Of a stretch of 64,000 nucleotides of DNA, positions 44,570 through 55,400 are shown one piece after another. Origin of the DNA: a virus. The DNA lies in the IMG/VR virus record IMGVR_UViG_3300028802_000007, positions 66,936-130,935 of that record, one strand, 5' to 3'. Position 1 is the stretch's first letter; the number at the start of each line of letters is the position of its first letter. Under the pieces are notes generated by a model that saw nothing but the letters and a program-made list of their open reading frames with translations, ran no database searches and was not told the DNA's origin. Made by a program: the position numbers and the translations under genes.

Positions 44570-44887
44570 TCATGCGTCGGTGGTCGCCCAGCGGAGGGCC
44601 GCACGATAGCCAGCGCGGACGACAGCACCGATGAGGGCGAAGGCCGCCACTTGCTGCTGGTCGATCGCACCACCGACGTCGGTGATCTGCACGGCAGCCA
44701 GAGCGGCAGCGCCGGACAGAAGCACGTCAGCGACGAAGTCCTTGATGAACTTCTTGGCGTTGAAGGGAGAGACGCCGGTACCGTCGGTCAGGACTCCGAC
44801 GACAGCTCCCTGCGTGGGGGTCGGGGCAGCGGCTGGGGCCGCGTCCTGAACCGGGGCAGCGGCAGGCTTGGGTGTGACGGGGGTCAT
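44570..44887 (-). CDS. putative holin
   Basis: Two hydrophobic segments; first gene after the tail genes; RBS GAGGTG. Confidence 0.55.
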   Translation of the reverse strand: MTPVTPKPAAAPVQDAAPAAAPTPTQGAVVGVLTDGTGVSPFNAKKFIKDFVADVLLSGAAALAAVQITDVGGAIDQQQVAAFALIGAVVRAGYRAALRWATTDA

Positions 44888-44931
44888 TGGGCACCTCAAA
44901 CGGGCGACCTCTCCCGGCTGCCTCGCGGAGT

Positions 44932-46509
44932 CTACGCCGTGCGGGCCTGACAGTACACATCAGTTCCTGTGGCAGGAGCCGAGACGAACGTGAACGAGCC
45001 CACGTCCGGGTCGGTCTCGCTGTACACCACGTCCTTGGTCTGGAGGGTGAGCGTGCCACCCGTGCCGGTGTAGACCTGGAGCGTGCCCGGAATGTAGGGC
45101 GGCAGGATGGTGAACAACGTCCTCGAGGAGTTGGCGGCCTCCTCTGCCACGTCAGCGTAGTACGACCCGTACGGGAAGGTGGCCGATCCGCTGTCCGTCC
45201 CGACGACGGGAGCCGGCTGGGGCTGGGGCCGCATCTTGCGGAGGAACTGCCACCACCACACCGGGTCCGACATCTGGAGGCCGAACGTGCCCTCGAACTG
45301 GACGTAGGTCAGCGGATTGTTACCGGGGTTGGTGCTGGGCAGGGTCGGGAAGGTGATCTTGACCTGACGCAGCGGCACGTCGATGACGTACGGCGTGACA
45401 CCGTTGTCCTCGCTGAAGGACCACAGGTTGAAGGTCGTGACCATGCCCGGGATGAGGTGCTGCCGGACACCGGCGGAGAGCGGCACGTCGTGGGCGAACC
45501 AGGTCAGGACGTACTGCCGGTCGGGGTTGACCAGACCCTGCGCCCCTGTCACCGGGCTGGTGCCCGACGTGTCGCCGCTGATGAGAGCGTTCGCTCGAGC
45601 GTCCACCTCAGCCTGGCTCTTGAAGCGATCCTCACCGGGGTGGTTCTCGCCCAACTGCCAGCGCCCGTTGTCGGTGATGCTGGTCGAGTTGCTCTTGTGG
45701 GCCAGCACCACCGTGCCGTTGGTGCCGATCGGACTGCCGCCCCACACGAAGACCTCGTTGATGACCGACGTGCCGTCGTCGGTGACCGTGCCGTCACGCC
45801 AGCCGATGAAGGTCGTGCCATTGGGGATGTCGGAGAAGCCCCACGGTGCGGCGGTCGTCTGGAGCGCCAGCCAGTTGAGGCGGGCCGCCGCGTCCACCCA
45901 GTAGATGCAGGCGAGCTGGCCGTGGATCGTGGTCTCGATGACGAGCGAGTCGAGGACAGCCCTCATCGTCTCGCCCTGTGACGGCCAGACGTACTTGACC
46001 GTGAAGTCGTTGACGTGGGTCACCTTGGTCGCCACATCGAGCGTGCCGCCGCCCGTGAAGCCCAAGTCGAAGTAGGACGAGAACAGGCTGATGATGTGTG
46101 CGTCGTTGCCGTTGGCCCCGACGGCCACCGACGGGATGAGGTGGGTGTAGTCGCTGGTGTTCCGCAGCACCCTCTTGTCGAGGAGATAGTTGTAGTCCAC
46201 GCCGTCGAGCGACCAGCGCCTGCCCGTCACCGGCGTGCTGGTGTCGAGGGCACTGAAGAAGAAGTCGCGGGTGACTTGGGTCAGGAAGCCGCCGAACATC
46301 TTGACCGTGCCGAGCAGCATCTCGATCCGCCCACCCGACACGAAGCCCAAGGTTTGGTCGGGGTCCTTGACCGTGAGGTGGAAGGAGCCAGGCACGGCTG
46401 CCGCTTGGAGCTCGAAGTAGGCGTCGATGTAGGTGCAGGACGAGGTGATGTCGGTCGTGAAGCCCGACGGATCGATGTAGTTGATGGTGATGTCTTCGGG
46501 GACCGGCAC
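44932..46509 (-). CDS. minor tail protein (hub/tail-tip-like)
   Basis: 525 aa; paralogous to the middle of 46509-52427 (GVDYNYLLDKRVL vs GVDYNRFLDRRVL; GRWQ). Confidence 0.75.
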   Translation of the reverse strand: MPVPEDITINYIDPSGFTTDITSSCTYIDAYFELQAAAVPGSFHLTVKDPDQTLGFVSGGRIEMLLGTVKMFGGFLTQVTRDFFFSALDTSTPVTGRRWSLDGVDYNYLLDKRVLRNTSDYTHLIPSVAVGANGNDAHIISLFSSYFDLGFTGGGTLDVATKVTHVNDFTVKYVWPSQGETMRAVLDSLVIETTIHGQLACIYWVDAAARLNWLALQTTAAPWGFSDIPNGTTFIGWRDGTVTDDGTSVINEVFVWGGSPIGTNGTVVLAHKSNSTSITDNGRWQLGENHPGEDRFKSQAEVDARANALISGDTSGTSPVTGAQGLVNPDRQYVLTWFAHDVPLSAGVRQHLIPGMVTTFNLWSFSEDNGVTPYVIDVPLRQVKITFPTLPSTNPGNNPLTYVQFEGTFGLQMSDPVWWWQFLRKMRPQPQPAPVVGTDSGSATFPYGSYYADVAEEAANSSRTLFTILPPYIPGTLQVYTGTGGTLTLQTKDVVYSETDPDVGSFTFVSAPATGTDVYCQARTA

Positions 46510-49500
46510 TACAGGGCTCCGTTCGTGATGTAGGTGAGCGACACGGTCGAGGTGGCAACGAGGGTCGGGTTGTACTGGATGATGCCTGCGGCAGCATCGT
46601 AGATGCTCCAGTTGCCGTACTGGATCGCCCCGCCGACGGTGAGGACCGCCGATCCGGGCAGGATGGAGTTGGTCGCCTGCCAGTGGGAGTTGGCGGGGTA
46701 TGTCGGCGGAGCTCCGGTGGCTGTGCTCAGCGGCGTGAGATCTTCCGTCAGGTGGGTGCCTGAGGGAACGCCGTCGCCACCGGCGTTGGGGTCCGTGTCA
46801 GTGCAGTACGTTCCCCAAGTGCGACGATCCTTGAAGCTGATGTTGCTGATGGACGAGGTGATGGTCATGGTCGGACCACTGCCGCTGAAGCCCGCTCCTA
46901 CGCCCATATCCATCTGCGTGAGGGCGGTCCCATCGGGCACGACCATCGGCTCCAAGTCGAAGTTCCGCCAGACGTCCTGGTAGATCTGCGAGCCGTTGTG
47001 GTAGACGGTACAGGTCGTGAAATCTGCCACGACCGTGATCGTGCCGCTGGTGATGGGCGCACTGTACTTGACGGAGTCCCCGCTCCCGCTGATCGAGGTG
47101 TCGAACATGGAGCGAGGACCCCCGACATACCCGCTGTTGTACAGCAAGCACTCGAACCAGGCGTAGTCCAAGCTGCCAGGCCCCGTCCGACCAGCGAAGC
47201 TGAGACCATATGCATACACGCTGTCGCCAACGATGTTGCTGATGTCCACGTCGTATGTCTGTACGAACGGGAAGGTGGGGGCGGGCACGCCTCCCAAGGA
47301 CCAGTCGATGATCGGGTTCACCGACCTCAACTGACTCCCGGTGGAGGTGGCGGTGATGACGCCCCTCGTGCCATCGACGTAGGCGACTCGTCCGGTCAAG
47401 CTCGTCGGAGACTGGATGAGCCAAGAGTTGCTACCACCCGACGTAGCACCCCAGTTCAACGTCGATCCAGGAGCACCCACCGTCCGGTTGAAGTTATCGA
47501 AGGTCTCCAGCGAGCCATCCGTCGGAGAGCAGCCGATGTAGCACGGCCTGCCGCTGTAGTCGAAGTCGATGTAGTCCCGCCACACCCCCCAAGTCAGAAG
47601 GCTGCTGGACTCGCGCTGAGAGAAGACGACCAACTGGTTGGGCGTGATGACGCCGACGCCGGTGACCGTGACGTCCCATCCCGCTGGTTCTGTCGTTCCG
47701 CGCACCCACGACTTGACTCGGTGGGTCGTGCCCTCCTTCTGGTATCGCATCTCGTAGATGACACCGACCGTCCACGTCTTGCTGGCGTAGGTCCCGCCGA
47801 CACCGGCCTCGACAAAGCCCAGCTTGTCGTTGCCGTTGACGGCACCTTGGTTCTTGACGACCCAGATGCCATGGTTGACGAAGAACCCGGTCGATGACTG
47901 GGTCACACCGATCGCCTGGGCGGCCTCTGCCGACGCCGACGCAGACGTGATCTTGAACGCCGACGACATCGTGAAGTCGCCACCCCACTGCTCGACACCA
48001 CCCGTGGTGATGATCATCGTCTGACCACCGGTGAACCCGGACCCCTGCTCGATCTTGCCCCAGCCGCCGTCTCCGACTGCCTTCAGCGTGTAGCCACCCG
48101 GTCCGGCGTTCCCCCAAGACACACCCGAAGGAATGGCAGTACCCCAAGCGCCGGTGATAATCCGATCGAAGTTGTCGAACTGAACGGCGTCACATCGACT
48201 CGCGCCACCAACGTCGAGGTAGCTGATGTCGAGCCTCAGGGCTCCGAAGACGTTGGAACTGCCCGAACCCTGGTTGCCAGAGATGTCAACAAAGCTAGGA
48301 CTCTCTGACCACCTGTACGCCGTTCCAGGCAATGTGTGGCTGATGTTCGGCGTTGACGGCTCGTCGGTCCCATCCGGCCAGTACGTCAAGGTGACAGTGG
48401 TGGTGGTGCGGACGACGCGATACCACCACCATGCGTTGTCGCGCATGTCCGGGGTCGCCTGAGCAGTGAAGGTGAAGAAGGGGCTGGAGCCGTTCACTCC
48501 GACACCGATGGAGTTGCCTGAGCCCGCCCCGTATGACGAACTCGAGTGGTTGAAGTTCCAGAAAAGCGAGGTCTGCCCATTCCCGACGGACGGTCCCACG
48601 ATCAACGAGGCCCATGGCTCAGAGTCAGTATCGAGCGACGACCCACTCCATCGGGCACGGATCAGGAAGTACGACTCTGAAGCCGGGCCGGGGAACCCAT
48701 CGAGGAACGCATCCACCACGCTACCGAACGAGTTGACGTTCGACTGGGGCATGGCAAACGAGGCGACACCACCCGAGATGTAGGCGTTGCTCGTGTTGTG
48801 GAACGCATCAACCGCCGTCGGGAAGATGCCGCTTAGCTCCCATGCCGTGCCGATGTCGGCAGTGCCCCACAACGGGCCGTCAGCCTGGGCACCCGGGGCA
48901 CCGACGGCAGGCCCAGCTATCCGATCGGCGAACCCGTCGGTGATGCCGCAGCCATCATCGGCGCAGCCAGCCACCGGCTCCTGGCCGCCCGGCGGCAGTC
49001 CACCGGGGCCGGTCCCGCCTCCACCCAGACCCGGCGCTCCGACCGGCAGCCACGGATCGAAGAAACTCCACACCGCATCGACCTCCCAGCTCAACTGGAG
49101 GGCGAACAGCGGAGCGGTGGGCGTCGGCCAAGTGATGGTCATGGTGCGGATCGGCAACACGTCGTCGTGGGTCGGCGCGTCGTCCGGGTCGGCTGGCGGC
49201 ATGAAGAACTGGGAGTCGTGGAAGTTGACCACGTCACCGATACCGAAGACCGGCGACCACGTCAGGAGCTCCACCGCCCGCTTGGGGTTCTTGGCACCGC
49301 GCAGCGACACCGGGCTACCCTCGACGGCGGCCCTCGAGACGGCGTTGGCGGTGGCCTGCTTGTAGATGCCAGCGGTGAAGTTGCCCGACTGCCAGCGTCC
49401 ATGGTCAGCCTGGCTTTCCGGGCTCTGGTAGCGGGACTCGACGACCTGATTGCTGCCCTTGCCAGCGCCCCACACGATGGCGTCGTTCACCATCTCGGTC

Positions 49501-52427
49501 GAGTCCTCGATGATCCGCACGTCGTGGAAGCCCACGTCGAGCGGGCCCGACGGCTGGTCGGTCAGGGTGTACGGGTTGCTGACGAGGTCGGCATCGACGT
49601 AGGTCACCACCTTCTGGGGCGTGACGTAGAAGATGGCCCCCGTGTCCCACGACAGGTGCATCAGGCAGTCACGCATCGTGAAGCCACCCTGAGCCACGTT
49701 GCCGCCGGTCTTGGCAGTGACCCCCGGGATGTCGAGCACACCCGCTCCCACTCGGTGGATGTTCTTGGTGAAGCCGGTCGTGTCGAAGTACGACCACAGG
49801 TTGTTGAAGATGGTGTCGTCGTAGGTGCCCGCCGGGTAGTTCCACGTCCTGTTGGGGCTGCCGGAGTCGTGGAGGACGCGCCGATCGAGGAAGCGGTTGT
49901 AGTCCACGCCAGCGATGTGGAAGATGCGGGCTTCCGTCGCCGGGGCCTTCATGACCGAGAAGGGGAACTGGCGGTTCACCTGGACGATCCAGCCGCCCCA
50001 CCGCAGGACACCGTCGATGTACAGCTGGACCTCGTCACCGAACGAGAAGGTCAGGTCGTGGGCACGGTCCACCACGTCGAAGGTGCATTCACCCGACTGG
50101 GCGTTGACCTTGGCCGAGAACGAGGCGGTCTTCCACATGACGTGGCTGGTGATCTCGACGCCGTTGACGAAGATCTTGGTCGGCACGCCGATGAGCGGCG
50201 GCGGCGGCCCGACGCCGGACCACGTCATGTAATCGACGGTGAACGAGCCAGCACCCGACGCCTTCAGCAGCGAGTTCGCCGGGAAGGAGCCAGTGAAGGA
50301 GCGGTTGTAGTAGGCGTCGGCGGTGAAGGACCCGCTGACCGTCTTGCGCTTGAGGGCGCTGACGGTGAAGGAGCCCGCGCCCGAGGTCGCGATGACGGCG
50401 TTGGCCCGGAAGTACCCCTGACTTATCAGGGCGTCCGCCGTGAAGGACCCTGACCGATCCAACGCCTTGATGACGGCGTTGGCGGTCCTCGAGCCGGTCT
50501 GGGGCCGCAGCTTGAGGGCGTCGGCGGTGAGGGCGGGAGTCCCAAGACCGTATATCTGGATGTTGTCGATGCGGAGCGCCTCTGTCGATGGCGCGTAGTA
50601 CATATCGACAATCGGGGCTTGGGCGAGGTACGTCGCATTGCCGGTGAACGCCACCGGCCACACCGTCTGGACGGTCGTGTACGTCCCGGGCTCCGCGTCT
50701 CCGACCTTCCAGATGTGGGCCCTGACCGTTGCTCCGTCAACGATGACGTGGAGGCGGTGCCACGCCGATCGCGTGACGGGCCACAGTCCGTTCGCGTTCT
50801 GTCCGATAACCTGGTAGTTGGCCTGCTGGTCTTGGTATTCGACCCACCACTGGGAGTCGTACCAGTAGAGGCGCTGCTGGTTATCGCCTGAGGCCGGGAC
50901 CCAGAAGTCGAGATAGAGCTCGCCCACTGTGATGAGCGATGCTCCACGCATCGAGTCCCACTGGTTCGCCGTGACGGTCAGGTAGCCGCCAGCATCGACG
51001 TGGGTGGGCGAGAGGGCAGCCGAGTTGTAGTAGCTGTCCCAGTCCGTCCAGACGAAGGAGTTGCCGATGTCCGCCGTGCCAGCATTGAAGGGCGGAGCCG
51101 ACGTCGGCGTACTGAAGGTGTCGAGGAAGATTGTCCCCGGGGGGCCGACCGGGATGATGGTCTTGAGCCGGATGGCGTCGGCTGTGAAGGACCCCGTGAT
51201 GGGGACGTTGATCTTCCTCGCGTCGGCGGTGAAGGTGCCAATCCGGGTCGTCGCGATGACGGCGCTGGCCCGGAAGAACATGTCTCCCTTGGTCGCATCG
51301 ACCGTGAAGGAGCCGGTCCTTGAGGCCTTGATGAGGGCGTCGGCGCGGAAGCGGTAGCCCTTGAACGCATCGACCGTGAAGACCGGCGTCGTCTGGTCGG
51401 TTGTCGCCGTGCCAGCACCTGTACGCGATCCGTTGAAGGCGAACGAGTAGACCCAGACGAACCTGTTGCTGCCCGTGACCGTAGGCGCGAAGATGCCGAC
51501 GGGGGTGTTGGTGAAGGTGTTCTGGGTCGTGCTCGCGAGGACGTTGGTCGTGCCCGCGACGATGCCCAGGTTGCCATCACTCTGGGCCGAGACCCGGATG
51601 GTGATTGCCGTGCCCGGGGTGATGCGGATGGGCCCGGCGTGGATGTTGGCGTTGGCGGTAGCGCCGGCACCTTGGAAGCCCGGGTACGTCAGCACTACCG
51701 GGACAATCGACGTCTTCTTCTGGATCGCGTTGACGGTGAACGGCGTGCCCGTGATCCTGAGCGCGAACCACGCACTGACGGTGAAGGTGCGGAGCTGGTC
51801 TGGCCGGAAGATGACCGCGTCAGCCCAGAACCGCAGCGGGACGATGAGCGCATCGACAGGCCGCGACCCGGTCTGCACCCGCAGGACGGTGGCGTCAGCC
51901 GTGAACCGACGCGGGATGAAGACGGCATTGGCGGTGAACGTGCCCGTGGTCGTCTTCCCACGGAGAGCATCGACCGTGAACGTCGGGGTGGTCTGGTCGG
52001 TCGTGACCGTGCCATTCCCTGTCCGCCCACCGTTGAAGGCGAACGAGTAGACCCACACCCACCTGTTGGTCGAGGTGAAGACGTGAACCCCGATGGGGTT
52101 GTCGTCCCAGGTGTTCTGGGTCGCGTTCGCGAGGACGGCAGTCGTCCCGCTGAAGATGCCTAGGTTGCCGTCGCTCTGGGAGTAGACCCGGATGGTGATC
52201 TGGGTGTTGGGCGTGATGCGGAGCGGCCCGGCATGGATGTTGGTGTTGCTGCCGGGACCCGCACCGATGACGCCCGGGTAGACCAAGTCCACCGGGACCT
52301 GAGACGTCTTCTTCTGGATCGCGTTGACGGTGAAGGACGACGTCTGGTTCCGCTTGATGACCGCGCTAGCGGTGAACGACCCAGCCCGGGTGGACGTCAG
52401 GACCGCGTCGGCGGTGAAGACCGCCAT
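46509..52427 (-). CDS. large tail/receptor-binding protein with FTADA repeats
   Basis: 1972 aa directly after the tape measure; many (S/T)FT(A/V)(D/N)A repeats and a duplicated ~115-aa domain. Confidence 0.8.
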   Translation of the reverse strand: MAVFTADAVLTSTRAGSFTASAVIKRNQTSSFTVNAIQKKTSQVPVDLVYPGVIGAGPGSNTNIHAGPLRITPNTQITIRVYSQSDGNLGIFSGTTAVLANATQNTWDDNPIGVHVFTSTNRWVWVYSFAFNGGRTGNGTVTTDQTTPTFTVDALRGKTTTGTFTANAVFIPRRFTADATVLRVQTGSRPVDALIVPLRFWADAVIFRPDQLRTFTVSAWFALRITGTPFTVNAIQKKTSIVPVVLTYPGFQGAGATANANIHAGPIRITPGTAITIRVSAQSDGNLGIVAGTTNVLASTTQNTFTNTPVGIFAPTVTGSNRFVWVYSFAFNGSRTGAGTATTDQTTPVFTVDAFKGYRFRADALIKASRTGSFTVDATKGDMFFRASAVIATTRIGTFTADARKINVPITGSFTADAIRLKTIIPVGPPGTIFLDTFSTPTSAPPFNAGTADIGNSFVWTDWDSYYNSAALSPTHVDAGGYLTVTANQWDSMRGASLITVGELYLDFWVPASGDNQQRLYWYDSQWWVEYQDQQANYQVIGQNANGLWPVTRSAWHRLHVIVDGATVRAHIWKVGDAEPGTYTTVQTVWPVAFTGNATYLAQAPIVDMYYAPSTEALRIDNIQIYGLGTPALTADALKLRPQTGSRTANAVIKALDRSGSFTADALISQGYFRANAVIATSGAGSFTVSALKRKTVSGSFTADAYYNRSFTGSFPANSLLKASGAGSFTVDYMTWSGVGPPPPLIGVPTKIFVNGVEITSHVMWKTASFSAKVNAQSGECTFDVVDRAHDLTFSFGDEVQLYIDGVLRWGGWIVQVNRQFPFSVMKAPATEARIFHIAGVDYNRFLDRRVLHDSGSPNRTWNYPAGTYDDTIFNNLWSYFDTTGFTKNIHRVGAGVLDIPGVTAKTGGNVAQGGFTMRDCLMHLSWDTGAIFYVTPQKVVTYVDADLVSNPYTLTDQPSGPLDVGFHDVRIIEDSTEMVNDAIVWGAGKGSNQVVESRYQSPESQADHGRWQSGNFTAGIYKQATANAVSRAAVEGSPVSLRGAKNPKRAVELLTWSPVFGIGDVVNFHDSQFFMPPADPDDAPTHDDVLPIRTMTITWPTPTAPLFALQLSWEVDAVWSFFDPWLPVGAPGLGGGGTGPGGLPPGGQEPVAGCADDGCGITDGFADRIAGPAVGAPGAQADGPLWGTADIGTAWELSGIFPTAVDAFHNTSNAYISGGVASFAMPQSNVNSFGSVVDAFLDGFPGPASESYFLIRARWSGSSLDTDSEPWASLIVGPSVGNGQTSLFWNFNHSSSSYGAGSGNSIGVGVNGSSPFFTFTAQATPDMRDNAWWWYRVVRTTTTVTLTYWPDGTDEPSTPNISHTLPGTAYRWSESPSFVDISGNQGSGSSNVFGALRLDISYLDVGGASRCDAVQFDNFDRIITGAWGTAIPSGVSWGNAGPGGYTLKAVGDGGWGKIEQGSGFTGGQTMIITTGGVEQWGGDFTMSSAFKITSASASAEAAQAIGVTQSSTGFFVNHGIWVVKNQGAVNGNDKLGFVEAGVGGTYASKTWTVGVIYEMRYQKEGTTHRVKSWVRGTTEPAGWDVTVTGVGVITPNQLVVFSQRESSSLLTWGVWRDYIDFDYSGRPCYIGCSPTDGSLETFDNFNRTVGAPGSTLNWGATSGGSNSWLIQSPTSLTGRVAYVDGTRGVITATSTGSQLRSVNPIIDWSLGGVPAPTFPFVQTYDVDISNIVGDSVYAYGLSFAGRTGPGSLDYAWFECLLYNSGYVGGPRSMFDTSISGSGDSVKYSAPITSGTITVVADFTTCTVYHNGSQIYQDVWRNFDLEPMVVPDGTALTQMDMGVGAGFSGSGPTMTITSSISNISFKDRRTWGTYCTDTDPNAGGDGVPSGTHLTEDLTPLSTATGAPPTYPANSHWQATNSILPGSAVLTVGGAIQYGNWSIYDAAAGIIQYNPTLVATSTVSLTYITNGAL

Positions 52428-52430
52428 CTT

Positions 52431-55400
52431 CTAGCCCGTCGCTGAGACGAGGCCGCGCATACCGAGGCGGGCGGCCTTACGGTTGAAGGAGGCCTCGACG
52501 GCCCGGACGATCTTCTCGATGGTCGCGTCGCCGGACACGTCGCCCTGCACCGTCAGGTTCAGGTTGACGGTGACGGGTCCTCCACCGCCACCGCCGCCCA
52601 TCATCTGGGTCGTCGGGTTGCGGAGGATGGCGACCGTCTCCGGCCCGGCTTCACCGACGGTCATCGTCGCGCCCCGGGCGAAGCGGCCCAGATAGCCGTT
52701 GGCGAAGCCGCCGCCACCGCTGGTGCCACCGCTGCTGGTGCCGCCTACGGTCGGCATCGGGTTGGTCTGGACCCACCGGCCACTCTTGGTCTGGCTGAAG
52801 CCCAGCGAGGTGTAGATGGTCTTCACGGCGGCTTGGACCGCCCCGCCGAACTGTCCGGCGTAGGTCGCGGCGGACTGGAGCACGGTGGTGAAGCTGTTCT
52901 CCGCCTTCATCTGGACGACCTGGGCCTTGGCCTGAGCCTGCGAGAGCTTGATCTGCTGGGCGGCGATGGCCTTCTGCGCTGCCGCGATCGCAGTCTGTGC
53001 AGCCTGCTCGCTCTTGAGCAGCTTGAGGGCAGCACCCGTGTCCTCCACGCCGCGTCCGGCACCGACGGTGAACTCCCGCTTCTGGATATTGAGCTGCTGC
53101 TGGGCGACCTTGGCTTCGGCCTGCGCCTGAGCCTGACGAGCAGCCCGCTCCTCAGACGTCAGGCCCGGAGCCTGGAAGCCGGCGAGGGCCGTCTGGAAGT
53201 TGATCTGCTTCTGGGCCAAGCCGAAGCCGAGCATCGCCTGCTGGCGCTCGAGGCCGCCCATCTCACCACGGCTGCCGCGACCACCACCACCGCGACCGGC
53301 GAGCGCCAGCGCGTCAGCGTAGGCGCGGTTGGACAGGCGGAGGTTGTTGCTGAACTGGGCCCACTGCTGCTGGGTCTGGATACCGGCGATCTTGGTCTGC
53401 CACTGGGTGATGGCCGCGCCCGCGTCGCCCATGTCCTTGGTGAAGGAGTCGAACGCCTCCTGGGCTGAGCCGAAGGTCTGCTGCCCTGACGTGTACGTTC
53501 CCTGCATGCCGGGCTGCGAGCCGATCCAGTTCGAGAGCTCCTTGAGAGCGTCCCTGCCCTGCTGGGCCAGCTGATCCTGCAAGGCCTGCGTGTCGGCCAG
53601 CGTCTTGCCCACATCGAAGCCCGCGACGGTTCCCGTCTTCTTGGCGACGTCTGCGGCGGACATGCCCGGGGGCAGGACCCCAGCGGTGGCCTCCATGAAC
53701 GGCTGGGCCGCGAGCTGCATGCCCAACTGGCCGGGGATGCCGACCTCAAGCTGGTGGGCGGCCTGAGCAGCGACCATCTCGAACCCAGCCCGCAGCGACT
53801 GCGCCTGCGACTGGATGTAGGTCGCCATGTCAGGGATGGTCGCGCCCTTCGCCATCTGCCTAGTCGTGGTCTGGAAGTCTTCGGCTGACTGGGCGACCTT
53901 GCCCGTCGCGTCCACGAGGACGACGCCATTGGTCGCCATCGAGACGGCGTAGGCGTCACCGCTCTTGGCGGCTGCCGTCGTCCCAGCGTCAAGCTGCGCC
54001 TGATCCTTCGCCAACTGGTAGCTGTACTTCGACACCTGACCGAGGGCCTGCGCCCCGCGCTTGGCCTCTTCACCCAGGTTCTCGAGGTACTTGGTGATGC
54101 CCTCGATGTCAGCGCCGCCCTTACCGATCAGGGCCGGGTTCTGGAAGCCGACAGCACCACCAGCACTCTGGGGTGACGGTCCGGTCTTGGGAAAGAGGAA
54201 CTGAGCGGCGGTTCCGACGAGCGGCCCAGCCCCACGAAGGATGTCCCCGCCAGTCCCCACGATGTCAGCCGCGACGCCCAGCGGGTTGCCCTGCTCCTTG
54301 GCCTTGCCCGTGACGTAGTCGCGGAACTGCTGGTTCTGGGCGAACAGCAGACCGGTGCCAAGATCCTCCGGGTTGAGGCCGCCACGAGGACCAGCGAAGG
54401 CGCTGACGTCGCCTGCGATCTGCTCCATGAAGCCCTTGCCGCCACCCAACTGGGAGGCGAGGAACGAGGTCCCGCCCACACCGCCGTAGCCGCCGTACAG
54501 GCCTGACGCCACGTTGTTGTTGCCGACACCGAGAGCCGCCCTGAACAACTCCGACTGCTGGCCCTGGTTGGCGGCAGCGGCCTTGGCGGTCACCGATCCG
54601 CCAAGCGTCTTCTCGAGGAACATGCTGAAGCCGACGCTCATGCGCGTCTGGAGACCGACGTCACCGAAGACCTTGTCGAGGTTGCCGCCAGCCTGGTTGA
54701 GCTGTTCACCGAGACCCTTGGTGACGCGGGCACCGGTCGTGCTGAAGCCACCGAGCTGGTCACCGAAGTCCTTGAGGGCTTGGACGCTGCCCTCGACGGC
54801 GGGCGTGATGATGGCTCCTGCCGCCTGCATCGCCATGCCGTAGGCGGACGTGGCCGCGATGATGACGCCGATGTTCTTGACGATGCCAGCCTGCGTCGGC
54901 CTCGCCTCGACATCGGCCCTCTCGAGGGCCTCGCCACGCTCCTTCTCGAGGGCGATCGCCTCTTGGAGCTTGGGCTTGGCGCGAGCGATGTAGTCGGTGC
55001 GGGCGACGTCGAGAGCGGTGCCCTCTTCCGTCGTCTTGCCGACAGCCGCGATGGCATCGCGATACTCAGTCAGGGTGCCCTTGTACGTCTGGAGCTGGCT
55101 GTTGACGATACGCAGGGACTTCGAGTACCCCTGCTCAGCCTGAGCTCGACGGACCTGAGCCTGACCCAACTGCTGGACACCACCGAAGAGGAACGAGGCC
55201 ACCGACGCCACAGCGCCCTGAGCGGTGCGCGACGGGAGCTCCTTGCCGATGCCTGCCCGACCCTCAGCCAGGTCCTGAGCGATGTTGCGGCGTGGCGCTG
55301 TAGGAATGTCACGACCACGCGAGGGACCAGCCCTTTCCGCGCTGCGGGCCATCTCCGAGATGTGCTCCGCCCACGTCTGGTAGCCGTACATCTGGGCGGT

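Noticed and set aside
51370-52340. Diversity-generating retroelement TR/VR pair in the tail gene
   Set aside because: Both copies are in-frame coding, the differences do not look adenine-specific, and no reverse transcriptase is in the window.
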